Shown: one piece after another, positions 34,676 through 47,006 of the stretch | Position numbering within the stretch: the stretch's first letter is position 1 | Layout: every line of letters begins with the position of its first letter | Source of the DNA: Iphione sp. A-MEVVRFRX5 | Lineage: Eukaryota | Assembly: GCA_976226885.1 (NCBI GenBank) | Contig: OZ320315.1 | Coordinates: forward strand, 89,404,001 to 89,468,000 | DNA: 64,000 bases | Reading direction: 5' to 3' | The notes under the pieces: model-generated | Database searches by the model: none | Seen by the model: only the letters and a program-made list of their open reading frames with translations | Told to the model about the DNA's origin: nothing | Position numbers and translations under genes: made by a program

Positions 34676-35653
34676 CAACCCCAAAGAAGAAGAAAAAACT
34701 GAATCAAAATTAAGTTTATCCTCCAGAGATGGGGAGAGATAGCAAAACACAGCGTCACTCCTCCACCCACCTCTCTCTTTGATCACATGAAGAGGAACAC
34801 CTAACCTAGCCATATGAGAAGCACCTCCTCGTCTGAGCGAATGAGAAGTTAGTCTCCCCTCAACACCAGCTACCATACACAACCTCTTCAACTCCTTATT
34901 GAACCATGAATACTCCAAAAAACACAACTTTCCATCTTCAATAAAGGAGAAAATTGGGAGATTTTTCGACACTCTTACAAATGAAAAAAGTAGACCCAAC
35001 CAATGAACTAGGCAAAAAATTCTACTACTACTTGAAGACACAACTATATCCCTAGGGGATTCACCAAACTGATCAGTCTTCGACCTCCGAATATGAATAA
35101 TCACACGGTCAGCAAAAATCTCAATATCACTCCTCTTCAGCCCTGAATCATCCATAAATTGATTCTTCCTCAACAAACTACGGAAGCCAAATAGAATAGC
35201 ACACCAAAACACCAACTGCCTCACCTTAGAGAGGTCCAAAACGCCATAAATCTTAACCAAATCCGAGATGGAAAACCCTTTGGATTTCAAACTCTTGCCC
35301 ATATCAATCCTCTTCAACCCACTAATCATCCATTTTATATTAAAATCCTGAACATCTGGAGGGGAGAGAAAACGTTTCCTATGCTCAAACACCAGACCAC
35401 TCAAATAGTTTGAAACCGAGCTTGGGCGCATAACCTGAGATAAGTAAGCGCAATATAATCTCAATTGGAACTGACTACATGGATAAGCTGAGAAACAATA
35501 CTTCTTGCAGAAAGACAAATAAACTTCTTCTTGTCTCTTCCTCGTCCTCACGGTATTGTCAGAGTACGCCATCTCCCTCAACATGACCATTCTCGATATC
35601 AGGCTCCCAACCGGATCTGTAAGACAAGAGCACCTCCTTACAACAAGCTTCAT
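34670..35653 (-). CDS. E2 tyrosine recombinase
   Basis: SLLRKNQ (R), RSKTDQ (K), SHSLRRGGA (HxxR), RGGWRS (W), FCYL (Y); overlaps pol by 95 nt. Confidence 0.96.
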   Translation of the reverse strand: MKLVVRRCSCLTDPVGSLISRMVMLREMAYSDNTVRTRKRQEEVYLSFCKKYCFSAYPCSQFQLRLYCAYLSQVMRPSSVSNYLSGLVFEHRKRFLSPPDVQDFNIKWMISGLKRIDMGKSLKSKGFSISDLVKIYGVLDLSKVRQLVFWCAILFGFRSLLRKNQFMDDSGLKRSDIEIFADRVIIHIRRSKTDQFGESPRDIVVSSSSSRIFCLVHWLGLLFSFVRVSKNLPIFSFIEDGKLCFLEYSWFNKELKRLCMVAGVEGRLTSHSLRRGGASHMARLGVPLHVIKERGGWRSDAVFCYLSPSLEDKLNFDSVFSSSLGLA

Positions 35654-37544
35654 TCACCCACGACGTCCACCTCTCATCGTCAACAAAGAACTTATCATCA
35701 CGCCTCGACAAGACATCAGCTACCACGTTATCTTTCGTATTAATATACTCTGACGTGATTCTAATGTTGTAAATGGTGCAAACCCAAAAAATCTCCTTCA
35801 ACCACCAGAGACACATCTTGTTAGAGCTTCTTCCTGATCTCAGCATATACAACACCTGAGTATTGTCCACCATAAACAACACATTGCTATTCCTCCACAA
35901 GTCCTTCCACCTCTTCAGAGCAACAACCACCGGCCAAAGTTCGTAAACATTGATATTCCGCTCAATCAGGTCCATCAATGGTCTACTCTCACAATGGCTA
36001 CATCCAAAAACTTTCAAGGCACCAGACCAATCACCCAAAAACCAGTCGTTCTTATATGAACCACCAAAACCCTTAAACGAGGAATCGGTATAACAGACAT
36101 GCTCAACCAAACCTGGGTCAATAATTTTACCGACCCCATTGAACAATTTAGAGAACACCAACCACCAGTTCAGATCATCTAAGACCAAATCGCTCACTCC
36201 AACCTTTTTGTTGTTTTTGGGCAAGGACTCTACAAAATCATACATACTTCTACAAAAGGTGCGCCCGCCCAGAATGATTGTGGCGCAATGAGATAGGAAA
36301 CCAGCAATCTTCTCACCTTCTTTCCTGCAAATCTTTTTTGAAGAAGTAACCTTGGTCAACATATCCCTCATTTTATCTAACTTTCCTTCAGGGAGCCTCA
36401 TAGTCATCTTTGAACTGTCTATCTCAATGCCCAAGAAAATACATTTCCTGCTTGGTTCAGTTACTTTCTTCCAAGAAACGTCAAAGCCCAAAGACTCAAT
36501 AACACCTGTGAGAATCCTCCTGTTGCTCAGACACGAATCATACGATTCACCACACACAATGAAATCATCAAGATAATTCACTACCCTACTATCCGCTAAC
36601 TGAGCATATTCCTGCACAACAAAATTGGATAACTGGGTAAAGATGTAAGGCGCGCATTTCAAACCAAAGGTTAATGAGTTACTCACGAAGAACCTCCTAC
36701 GGCCATCCAGATACCACGAAAAACCCTGATATTTTCTGCAGTCTTCTCTAACACTCACTGACCTATAAGCATTACTTATGTCCACCACACTGAGAAAGTC
36801 ACCCTCTTTTAGAAACGTACAAACGTCACCAACTGATCTATATGAGAAGTCTTCATATAATCCCTCCATGAAGTAATTAATAGAAACTCCTACAGGCATT
36901 GAACAATCAGTTATTGGCCTCAGAGAGCCATCACTTTTTGGAACCCCCCCCATAGCATGCACACATTGGGGGACATCTTCCACTTCACTCACAAAACCCT
37001 GTTTGATTTCCTTCGATATTTTCTCCGACATCTCTGACAAAAAGGGCTCAACCTCGATAGACTTGTAATTCCTGCAATAGTACTTGCCTTCGAAGTTATC
37101 ATTAACAATCTGAAAACCGCTACAAACGCCATTCCAGATAAAAACACGCCTGCTGGGATCCATAAGTCCAAAACAACACCCTCTAAAAAATCTACAAGGC
37201 CTAAGTTTGGACATAACACCCCCAATAATGTGTTTACAATCACAGTTACCATCAAGACATGTCTTATAAATTCTGATAACGTTATTACTGTTAAACATCA
37301 CATATAACAGTTTGTCATCATCAACTATGGGTGATCCTGCGGGTACACCCCCTTCAATGTCAATCAACAACCATGCATTTCCAACATTATTTTCACAATG
37401 GTAAGCATATAAGAACATGTTAGCATCCTCAACTAAAAGATTTTTAGCATCGCTATACAAAGGTTCATCAAGCCTTTCTAAGCTAGGGAAAAACAACACG
37501 TCCAAGCCTACTGCGTCATTGTAACTTTGTTGTACGTTACATAG
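35559..37544 (-). CDS. E2 pol: RT + RNase H, in the same frame as gag and directly after its TGA
   Basis: VVDISNAYRSV, LTFG, YLDDF; RNase H YTDSS/VYELWP/MVDNT/VADVLSR; frame open from 37544; the track start is TTG and the first AUG is at 37418. Confidence 0.95.
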   Translation of the reverse strand, partial: LCNVQQSYNDAVGLDVLFFPSLERLDEPLYSDAKNLLVEDANMFLYAYHCENNVGNAWLLIDIEGGVPAGSPIVDDDKLLYVMFNSNNVIRIYKTCLDGNCDCKHIIGGVMSKLRPCRFFRGCCFGLMDPSRRVFIWNGVCSGFQIVNDNFEGKYYCRNYKSIEVEPFLSEMSEKISKEIKQGFVSEVEDVPQCVHAMGGVPKSDGSLRPITDCSMPVGVSINYFMEGLYEDFSYRSVGDVCTFLKEGDFLSVVDISNAYRSVSVREDCRKYQGFSWYLDGRRRFFVSNSLTFGLKCAPYIFTQLSNFVVQEYAQLADSRVVNYLDDFIVCGESYDSCLSNRRILTGVIESLGFDVSWKKVTEPSRKCIFLGIEIDSSKMTMRLPEGKLDKMRDMLTKVTSSKKICRKEGEKIAGFLSHCATIILGGRTFCRSMYDFVESLPKNNKKVGVSDLVLDDLNWWLVFSKLFNGVGKIIDPGLVEHVCYTDSSFKGFGGSYKNDWFLGDWSGALKVFGCSHCESRPLMDLIERNINVYELWPVVVALKRWKDLWRNSNVLFMVDNTQVLYMLRSGRSSNKMCLWWLKEIFWVCTIYNIRITSEYINTKDNVVADVLSRRDDKFFVDDERWTSWVNEACCKEVLLSYRSGWEPDIENGHVEGDGVL

Positions 37545-38495
37545 TCATTTCTTACCACCCTTTGAGTCCTTGGATTTATCTGCGTTGTTGACGTTCGCTG
37601 GGCACTCATAGGCTTTATGATCTGAACTTCCACACACAAGACACGCATGTTTAAAATTACAACCACTATCATGGCAAGTGCCATTGTTAAACCTATAGCA
37701 CACCTTATCTGAACGCTTGAAAACATCGCTATGTTTCTTACTCTTCGGCCGTTGACTACCACTCTTTTGCGTATTACCGCTCAGCATCATATCAAAACAA
37801 AAATGCGAACGAATAAGCTCGTCGTCACCGAACTTAAAGGCACTTGTACCTTTCTTTTCTGCTCTTTTCCTCATGTCCTTATCATAGTCAATGAAGGAGC
37901 TGTCCTTGTACACATTTTTGATACGTTTCTCCAGGAGGAATATCAAATGGTCCAAGTAGCCAGAAATGTCATGGCCCTTTTTCAGGTGTCGCTGCACCAA
38001 ACGCACGGAACCATACATCAACTGGTCAAAACTGTCAACACTTTTAACCTTGGCAGCCGCACGCACGTTAAACAATTTCTTCTTACCCTTGGACCTCCTC
38101 TTTTTCTGCTTATCATCATCATCCGAGTCTGAATAGCTCAAAGAAGACACGTCGTCCTGGCTTGTTGACATATCGCCACCACGGTCCTTGGAAACTAGGC
38201 CACTTCCGCCCGCATCCTTTGACAACGTAGAATTGACGCCACCATTAGCCAGAAGCAGAGATATCATGTCCTCGAGTTTGCCCATTCGTTGAGACAAACC
38301 ACCATTACCATTACCATTGTCATCTGCACCATTTGACACATCAACCATCTTCGATGAATCAGTCACAATTTCTGGAAAATCAGAAAACACACGAGACTCC
38401 ACCGAAGCACCACTACCATTTTCCACGGATAATCTGCATTTCTTGCCTACAGGAGCAGAATGTTTCCTGTTACATTTCGAACAATGTCTACCCAT
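37545..38495 (-). CDS. E2 gag-like ORF1
   Basis: N-terminal CSKCNRKH...C knuckle; C-terminal CYRFNNGTC...CNFKHACLVCGSSDH...C finger; likely ATG at 38495 (frame open to 38618 inside A1). Confidence 0.9.
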   Translation of the reverse strand: MGRHCSKCNRKHSAPVGKKCRLSVENGSGASVESRVFSDFPEIVTDSSKMVDVSNGADDNGNGNGGLSQRMGKLEDMISLLLANGGVNSTLSKDAGGSGLVSKDRGGDMSTSQDDVSSLSYSDSDDDDKQKKRRSKGKKKLFNVRAAAKVKSVDSFDQLMYGSVRLVQRHLKKGHDISGYLDHLIFLLEKRIKNVYKDSSFIDYDKDMRKRAEKKGTSAFKFGDDELIRSHFCFDMMLSGNTQKSGSQRPKSKKHSDVFKRSDKVCYRFNNGTCHDSGCNFKHACLVCGSSDHKAYECPANVNNADKSKDSKGGKK

Positions 38496-38567
38496 GTTGA
38501 AAGGCGAAATTACTGCCAGAAATCCGTTGGAATAGACAAGCACCTCGGAACCAGGTCCGTACCATTC

Positions 38568-38715
38568 AAAATTTTCAATCTGAATGACGGTTGTTATCCC
38601 TAGCATTCTATAGTACACACCTGTTACTTAGGACGTCACCCAGTGACTAAGGTGACGCTACCACACATCTGTAGTTGCTATATCAATACCCAAATAAATG
38701 CCTTATTTGGTATAT
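38568..38715 (-). repeat. E2 repeat A1 (5' end of element)
   Basis: Reads identical to 34477-34624. Confidence 0.97.
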
Positions 38716-40616
38716 ATATTCTTGTTAATAAAAGGACAAAAACGTGGATTGGGAGGAGCAATATCATCGCATTTATCACAAAATAAAACAATTTGAACAG
38801 CGAATATCGCCGATAGGATGGAACAGAACGACGGCATGTGTATCTCCAAGCAACATAGGGTAGTTACCATAGCCAGTACCTATAGTGATATCCAAAAATA
38901 CATGTTGATATAAATATACTATTATATCACATATAAGACAAAGTTATACTCCATCTCGGTACATTCCGACGAAAGTTACCCGTTGCTGTTTAGTTTCCAT
39001 TTAATTAACTTTATCCCCCCCCAAAAAAATGTACTGCTGAAAAATAAAAGATTACTCACAAAAGTATTTATTGTGCTTACGATAATATTGACGTTAATTT
39101 TCGTTCGCTCTAAAACAAAAGAACGCTACATAGCATGCATCGAAGACCGTTTGAGTGCAGGGCACGGATGAATATCCAAACTCAGGGCGTGCACGCGGAG
39201 TACATGACGCTTTGGAAATTGTTCCTCTTGCAAGTTTTGTCGGGTACATATTAAACTGACGCCAGTTGAAGCAGGGACCGTCATGTACATCAAGCATTTG
39301 CCGAACAAGAAAAGGCTGATGCTGATGAAACGGATCAGGTAGGTAGCTTACAACGTAGATAACCCTTTCTCACTCTTTCCGCTCAGGAAATACATCAGGT
39401 CGTCAGGTTTTTAGGATTAATATAGAATTGACACCAGTTCAGTCTGCAAAGGCTGTAAGGGATTTGCCAACTAGGAAAAAGCCAATACCCAGTTGAAGTT
39501 TGAGGAAGGTACCTTATATAGTAGATTCCGATTTCTCACCCTACGTTGTGTGAACTAGATTCCTTTGGTAGAGTGTATTAAAATATTGTAGTAGTCATGA
39601 GCTTTCATTGCGCTTGACATTTGTTCTACCGTCCGTAATCTAAGTAGTAATACAACGGAATAATATTCTGTTTCTACTAGCTGCTAATAGTGTGATATCT
39701 TGAAGTCCTATATTAGACACGCATTGTGGAAATCTTCTGGAATCAGCATACATGTACATGTACTTTCGCTTTGGGAAACATTTCCATGTGCCACTACGTT
39801 GCAATTGTATAAAAAGAGGCTAATCTGAGTACGAGCTGTTCCTTTGGCAAGGCACCTATTCCTGTGAGGATTTGCTTTTCTCAGGATAAAATACAGGACA
39901 GGTGATCTTTCTCTTGAGACATCTTTTAATTGAGACAACCACACTACAATGTAATGGCTAAGTGCACACCACACCAGTAGGTTTGATTGCAGCCTTAATT
40001 CTTCTTCACAGCATACAGCACATCAGAGTTCAACAAGTGGTGAGTCCAACAAGAGTGTTTTCAAACTACTCTCTATATACCCATACCTTATGACAAACAT
40101 TGTGCACAAACATCACCTGATCAGGAAATCATCATTATTTACAGTTGTTTGAACAACAGTTGTCAAGAGTTTTATACTAAGTGACATAACAGTGCCAAGT
40201 ATCTGGGTTACCTTATAAAAGGAAGATGAAAAGGGTTAGTTTATTTACATACAACATGACACTGAGAAACAAATTATTACAGTGTTTTACCTAGTAGTGG
40301 TTCTATTGAGAGCTGATTCTAAGAATACAAGTACTTGATAAAAATTTTTGTTAATGCAGTTAAGTAAGTAACATCTTTATTCACATCTCACAGTGTAAAC
40401 AACAATATACAATTGAGGTATCCTAGTTAAACCAGATACACAATTATCACATACAAGTATAATACAGATCCATATTACAGCAATAACATGTTGTAGGAAT
40501 AGGGTAAATGAGTGAAAGTCGCTGAGTGTGCCTGGAATCATGTACAAATTAGTTAATTACTTTAGCAAGATGTTGTTTCATAGCCCCTTTCAACACTGTA
40601 AGTTTGTTGGGAACAA

Positions 40617-41430
40617 TCAAGTCCTTCCATAACTGAGCTCCTTTACAGTAGAAGCTTGATTGATACAACATTGTTTTTGGTCTTTTACAGAGATAGTACT
40701 CAATAGACTAGTCTGTGTTAACCTATGCAATTGTGATAGACTGTAAATATTCAATTTGACCAGACTGTTCATGAGCATTATCAGTTGCCTCTTACTGTCC
40801 AACTCCAGTGAGGGTATATGCATCATTCTTCCGATTGCAATGGCAGATCTATGTGTACGAGTTGTACCTATTTTCACCAATTTAGCCACACAATTGAACA
40901 CAATCTGTATGTCATCAAGTTGTTTCTTGCTTTTGTACATCAAGAAAACCAGGCCAGAATCAAAGAGGGGCAGGATAAAGGTCTTAAATACCCTTATTCG
41001 CTCTCTAATGTCAAGACCTCTAATCAACTTACTAAGAAACCAACATCTTTGCCTTACCTATAATTTCATTGTTGCCACCTGTTTCCGCCAGCTTAGCTGG
41101 TCATCAACATGCATACCTATAAAGTAACAATCTGTAACCTTTTTAATTATCTCACCTGACACATGTAAATCAAATCATAGGTTGCGAGCATGACCAAAGA
41201 CCATATAGCATGTTTTAGTGCTACTTAAATGGAGGCCATTTGCATTACACCATGACTCGACATCTTTAATGCCCTTTGCATCTTAAGTTGCATGGCCATT
41301 GGGTTACTTGCAATACTTGTGATGGTAATATCATCGGCAGACAGTGTTGATGTGCCTTGATGTGTTCATAACCATGGAAAACAGCAGGGGTCCCATGAGG
41401 CTACCTTGGGGCATTCCGTGCTTCACTTCC
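40617..41430 (-). pseudogene. Decayed CR1/L2-type LINE RT fragment
   Basis: GMPQGSLMGPLLF, ADDITI, WCNANGLHL..KT, GIHVDDQLSW, FKTFILP; frameshifted. Confidence 0.85.
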
Positions 41431-44400
41431 AGGGGTATTGAGGTGATGTACAAGGCTTTATTTTATAACACTGTACATGTACAAAGGTTTACTTGGTAAC
41501 ATATAACTATACACATTATATTAAACCAGTACTTTGAGAACATTATTAGTAAAGTCACATTCTCTATCAGAATCAGTACTGTGTTACAACAATATGAATG
41601 TCAATAATGAATAACATTGTCCACAAAGTTTTAACCAGTTAAATCTGGTCTATATTTCATACAAAAAAGTATCCCCCCTAGTTTGTACAGTCCTATACAT
41701 TCTTCCCGACATGTATCAGAAAGGTTTGCACCAAAGCAATTTTTCTGTAAAATTAGCGATACAGAAGTAACGGCCAGTCGGGTGCGGATAAAACCCGTTG
41801 AGGACAAGTTATTCCTGACGGCAATGTCTGAAAGAGAAAATGAGTATTAAGGAGAAAAATTAAATTTTCAAAGATGTGTCTATGGCCTTCACTGATAGTT
41901 TTCCTCCGACAAGAGCAACATCCCCCCCCCGCGCACACACACTCACACACACCGCTTCCTTTGCATTCTCCAGTCAGTAGGTTACGTGATACCGGGGGTG
42001 GGGCGGGGGGGCGCCTCTCAAAACACCTGCCCGCATGACCTTGAGAGTCCGGTGATTCAGGCAGGATTTACTCCACTGGACCCACGGACCATTAACGACG
42101 TCAACCATTGGTGGCGTAACGGATCCAGTCAACGGCACATTAGGTTGAATATGAGATGCTGAGGCTGTGCCTGTGGCCGTAAAGTTGGGTCAATATGCGA
42201 GGCAGCGGGGGAACGATGAAAACCTGGATACTGTGGCACATGAGTCCTCTGCATATTTGACAGGGAGGCTATTTAGTCACAAGACGATTTGTCTTCGCCA
42301 GGTAATTGAAGGCCATTAGCTGCCAAACCCTTTTACTGGGCGGACCAGGCTCAAAGTGAGCACACCACCACCTACACTCGTGCGAAATGGCAGGTGCGTG
42401 TTCTCCAGCATGAACTAGTAAGACGGGAGCATTCAGGGCACCGAAATTATGAGCTTTGAAACAACTGTTCCTATCTTTGAAATCTTCCTATCGCGTTTCT
42501 ATAGTGTTCGTACATAACGACCGATTTTTATTTTGGCAGAATCATGTGTGTGAACTGTTAAATCACGTTAAACAGGAGCTTACGAACACGTTAAGTACGA
42601 ACATACCTGGACCTTCATCAATGATTGTAGGACGCATTCACCATCAAATATATCTCGTTTATTCTTTTATTCCAATTTCGTGCATCTTTTTGATGAGGCA
42701 ATTGATATGAACTATGATGTTTTGTCGAGAACTAAGACACAAACACGGTACGATCAGAAAATCCCCTCCTCCTTGCAAACGGCTGGAAATGGTCTATTGC
42801 TCCTCTGCGTTAGAGTGTCAAATGATGCTGCGGTAGTATTCATATATACAGAGAGAGCCCTACTACTGAAGGGTCAGAATGTAAACACATTCATAGGTCG
42901 GCATCCTTCATGCCCTTCCGTTAAAAACAAATCGTTTTCTTTCATTAGTTCGCTCAGACTCAAAATGCAAGTGGGCAATCAGCTAATTAAGGCTGAAACT
43001 TGAAGATACATTCAAGCGTGCATATGTGTGGGTTTCCCTATATACGATATGATGTCATCATAAATGCCACGTGTTATGATTACAATTATAATCAAGGCCA
43101 CACCCAGTATTGTCCTAGGTAATTAAAATCAATCCAGGGGAGTCCAGTTGCAACCAGTGCTGTTCAATGTCTATTCCAAAGGACAACGTGCACATGGCAA
43201 ATGCGATCTTTCTCAATTCTTGGCCAACAAAACCCAGTTGCCAGATGAAAAAAACCAAAACAATGAGTTCTCGGAACACTGGCGTGTCATTTGTGCTATG
43301 TATATATATATATATATTTATTTATATATATATTTACACCCACCCACATATTTACCAGCATCTGTTTATTGTGGTTTGATTAGAGAATACCATCCATGTA
43401 CAATCATCAACCTTTACTGGAGACTGAATACGAATCTAACCTTGCTGTAAACGTGTAATATCGGCCTGCATTGTAAAAATATATTAGAAAGAATCTCCTT
43501 TCATTGAAAATAACAAATGTCAGTCCATAGTACTTTGAGATTGTTTGTTACGGTCACTAAATTAAGTTTTCTCTATTTCTCCAGTCAGTGTAAAGTATGC
43601 GCAGAGAACGTGGTCTAAAGTAATATTATCCTTGCTATCAAGAGCCTTATTACTTAAATTAACCTATAATTAATGGCTGTTAAACGTGTCGGATATAATA
43701 CAGATATGTGATATCTAAACAAAATAACTAGCCGCACTGGTTTGTAAAAAAGTTTACCATAAAGGTTTCTAACATACTGTTTTTGATACTCATGATTCGA
43801 CCAGTACGCACATGCATGTACTGTTGTCAGCAACCTGACTTTTTACTTACCTATTATGGCAGAACACCCACGTGTCACTAGTTCCACCAAATCAAAGTAG
43901 AACCTGGGTAAGCACTCGTATACAACATTGTTAGCACATAATAGAACCATGCAATCTTTGAATTTTCCGGTCAAAAGGTGCAGTGAACCTAGATTTTAAC
44001 CCTGGGTACTGGCCGATCATCTCTTTCCCTAGCCAAAATGTTTGTTCTAGTGTACTGTAATCTCTCTGATAAATCATTACTTGCTTCATGAATTATGCGA
44101 AAGCATTTTAGTCCTTTCCTATTAAGCTAATTTAGAATAAATGGAATGATTTAGGAGGGCAATGTTTCGTTGGATGGACCGCAAGCTATCAAGGGTGAAG
44201 ACTTTCCTTCAACGTAAAAAAAGTTCAAACCCAGGGAAATCAAAAGAGATTGCCTGAATTGTGGAAGCTGAAATATGGTATACTGTTGATGGTCAAGTGT
44301 TCAAGGCAGTGAGCCAGACGTTTTATAAATGCTCTGACTTTCTATGCTGTAGTAAAATGCATTTTCTTTTCACATGGACTCCTAGGCTTTTTAGCTCATA

Positions 44401-44744
44401 CCATGTTATCCAATCACTTATCCTGGATATGGTTGTCATCACTACATGCCAATAACATGCTTACATTATGAATACATCGCATTCATTCTAATCAACCAAC
44501 ACTCGCTGTTCAAAATTTGAGTGAAGTGGTCATGTTCTCCATGATGAGGAAATACTGTAACAAGTGTAAGGTTAGCCATCTTTAATCTGTAGACAAAGAT
44601 TGCCTGTGAAAGGATAAACTAATAGTAAGAATGATTGTGATACACCGCAGGAAATTCGTGCTGATAAACCTGACACGGAATCAAGGCTCTCTTAAATGGA
44701 GTCACTGGTAAAGGTCCTATTGGCTGGAAAACCGTGTTCTACAG

Positions 44745-44921
44745 ATAGAAAGAAACGAGCTAACAGAGGTAATTATCAGCTCTCCATCATGCTGCAGTGA
44801 CGACCGGTCTACAGATTCTGAGATGGAGGAAACTGAGTTCCAGAGAAAGGGGAGCAAGAAGAATGATTTGCAGTGTTTTGATGGAAATCTGGCTGATGTT
44901 AGTGGTCCTAGTGACATCCAA
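44745..44921 (+). CDS. Possible isolated host exon (59 codons, phase 0-0)
   Basis: TTCTACAG| acceptor, open frame IERNELTEVIISSPSCCSDDRSTDSEMEETEFQRKG..., weak CAA|GTAAAA donor; no homology recognised. Confidence 0.25.
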
Positions 44922-44941
44922 GTAAAACTACAGATTCGTCA

Positions 44942-45290
44942 GTGGGGAGTTAGCTCAGTGGTAAAGCACTGATCCACTGATTGAAAGGTTGCAGGTTCAA
45001 TCCCAAGCTTGGAACTCTCGATCAAGACCAGACAGATTTACTGTAGTCCCAACCCAGAGTGATCTCCAACTCATAAAAAGGCCATGGGTGTATAGGATTC
45101 TGTCCCTTATGCACAAAAAGACCCCAGAAAGCTATTCGAAGTACGAGTAGAGGGCAACCCCATGTATTCTGGTCTCTCAATTCTCAATAATAGATGGTAG
45201 TATTCTATCCCAGGAGGATATGGAAGTACCCTGTCTTGATGATAGGTGAATATATTCCTGGATAAAGATACAATGAAGTGAAATGAAATA
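44942..45290 (+). mobile_element. tRNA-derived SINE, copy 2
   Basis: A box TAGCTCAGTGG (44951), B box GGTTCAATCC (44994-45003); colinear with copy 1. Confidence 0.88.
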
Positions 45291-46921
45291 GACATTGAGA
45301 TGTATCATAAAGTCACTGTTAAATCAGTTCTGAATGAGTATGTTATCTCACCCCGCGATGAAGGCAATGACAGTTATTTTACCTGAGCCCTTGAATGAAA
45401 TATGTTGATTGTATTCAAGGCAAATGTAATAGACCGATTGTGTAACATGTGGCGACAAACGAATAAACGGATAGAGATGATATACTTTTAACACATACTT
45501 TTAACCATTTGTGGAAACAACTGATTGAGCTGCCGAAGGAACCAGTTAAATACATGTGATAATGATGCTGAAAACCGAACGTTTCTATGATACATATGAT
45601 CAGTGAATCAGTATACTATAGGTGGTGTAGTATGTACTTTTAAACCCTGCCACGCTATATTAGCCTCAGTTAAAGCCCTGTGCATAAGGCTCATGTGAAA
45701 ATTATTAGGTTACGATTATCTGAAGGGTTCAAAATTGAAGATGAAAATTAGTACTTTTTATGAGTGTGAGAACTATGAATCCCCCTTGGCTGATAATTTC
45801 ATGGAACAAATGAATGTTAAGGTAATACATAAGTTATTTAAAGGTGATATTTCAGAATGTGCTGTTAAGCCACATTGTATTAATGCTTGAGGTGGAATCA
45901 GTAAGAGTGATAGGTCTTTACGGTCTGTCACTTATTGTTCATTGTCTATGGAAAAAGGTGTTAATAATTTCTTTAAGTCTATCCATGACACAATGAGCTA
46001 CAAACCAATCAGTTAACATCTGTGACTATCTGCAGGGTGATGGATTTATGTCAGTCATTGATATCAAACATACGCGTAGATGTGTTTAGGAATATCGAAG
46101 CTATAGAGAATGGTTTCCTCGTGGTTAGTGACAGCAAACAGGAATGCCATTATTATTAGAATTTTATGATTGACGTGATCTTTTAAATTCATGAGTACAC
46201 AAATTGATAGATAACAGTGGAAATCAAACTTCTAATAGAACAAATTATCATTACTAAACAGAAATTATATACGTTGGAATTTAGACGTTTTTGGTATAAA
46301 GAGAATCGGAAACTTACTGCTTTATTTGCTCACTGCTGCACTTTTTAAAAGAAGGGCAAGCCTTCAGTTGAAGTTCACTGATTCATTATTTTCTTAGGAA
46401 AGAAAATTGCCAAGTGGTATTTTTTATCGTCTGAATCGGTATAGTTTTTATTCATTCTGATAGGAAATATTTTCGTCAGAAGAAATGAACAGGATGTGAT
46501 TACAACAAACTTAACACTGAATATACTTGAAGCTTTTTTTTTAGAGATGATTGATTTGTGGGTAAATGGATGAAAATGACATCCTTTTTAGAAAGTTTGA
46601 ATTAGCACATTGAGTAAAAGCCTAAATTTGATCATGATAATCACATAAACGTCTATGGATTGTGGCCTTTTGAGAAGGCACTGAAACGTTGAGGATATCA
46701 CTAAGAGAAAAGAGTGGTTGTAGAGTATATATGTGTAAAGTGTCTCTCGTCAGCAGACCAGATGGCTTTGGTGAAATAGAGGATGTCCACACAGAATATG
46801 CGCTAGTTGTGCTCAATTCCATTTTCGGATGAGAACTGTCTTTATTCAGAAAACTTGGGCCCTTATATACAGAGACTGGCTCTAAAATTAGCCACAGAAC
46901 ACCTTAAAAATAGTAACACCC

Positions 46922-47006
46922 TCCCTCCAGAGATCTTTCTGGAGGGACACTTCTGGAACCTTCCACTACAGTCAATACCTTTCCCTCCAAGATCCTTCTG
47001 GAGGGA
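46922..47006. repeat. 60-bp-period duplication, each unit a hairpin
   Basis: TCCCTCCAGA-GATCTT-TCTGGAGGGA (46922-46947) and TCCCTCCA...TGGAGGGA (46982-47006). Confidence 0.8.

Larger units (their letters stand above)
34400..38715 (-). mobile_element. E2: full-length Ngaro/PAT-type tyrosine-recombinase retrotransposon
   Basis: gag, RT/RNase H and YR ORFs; A1-ORFs-B1-A2-spacer-B2 split direct repeats; TATAT core at both ends and at the B1/A2 junction. Confidence 0.96.

Noticed and set aside
44942-45012. tRNA genes at the SINE heads (also 33125-33195)
   Set aside because: No complete acceptor stem, and both continue into a shared SINE body.
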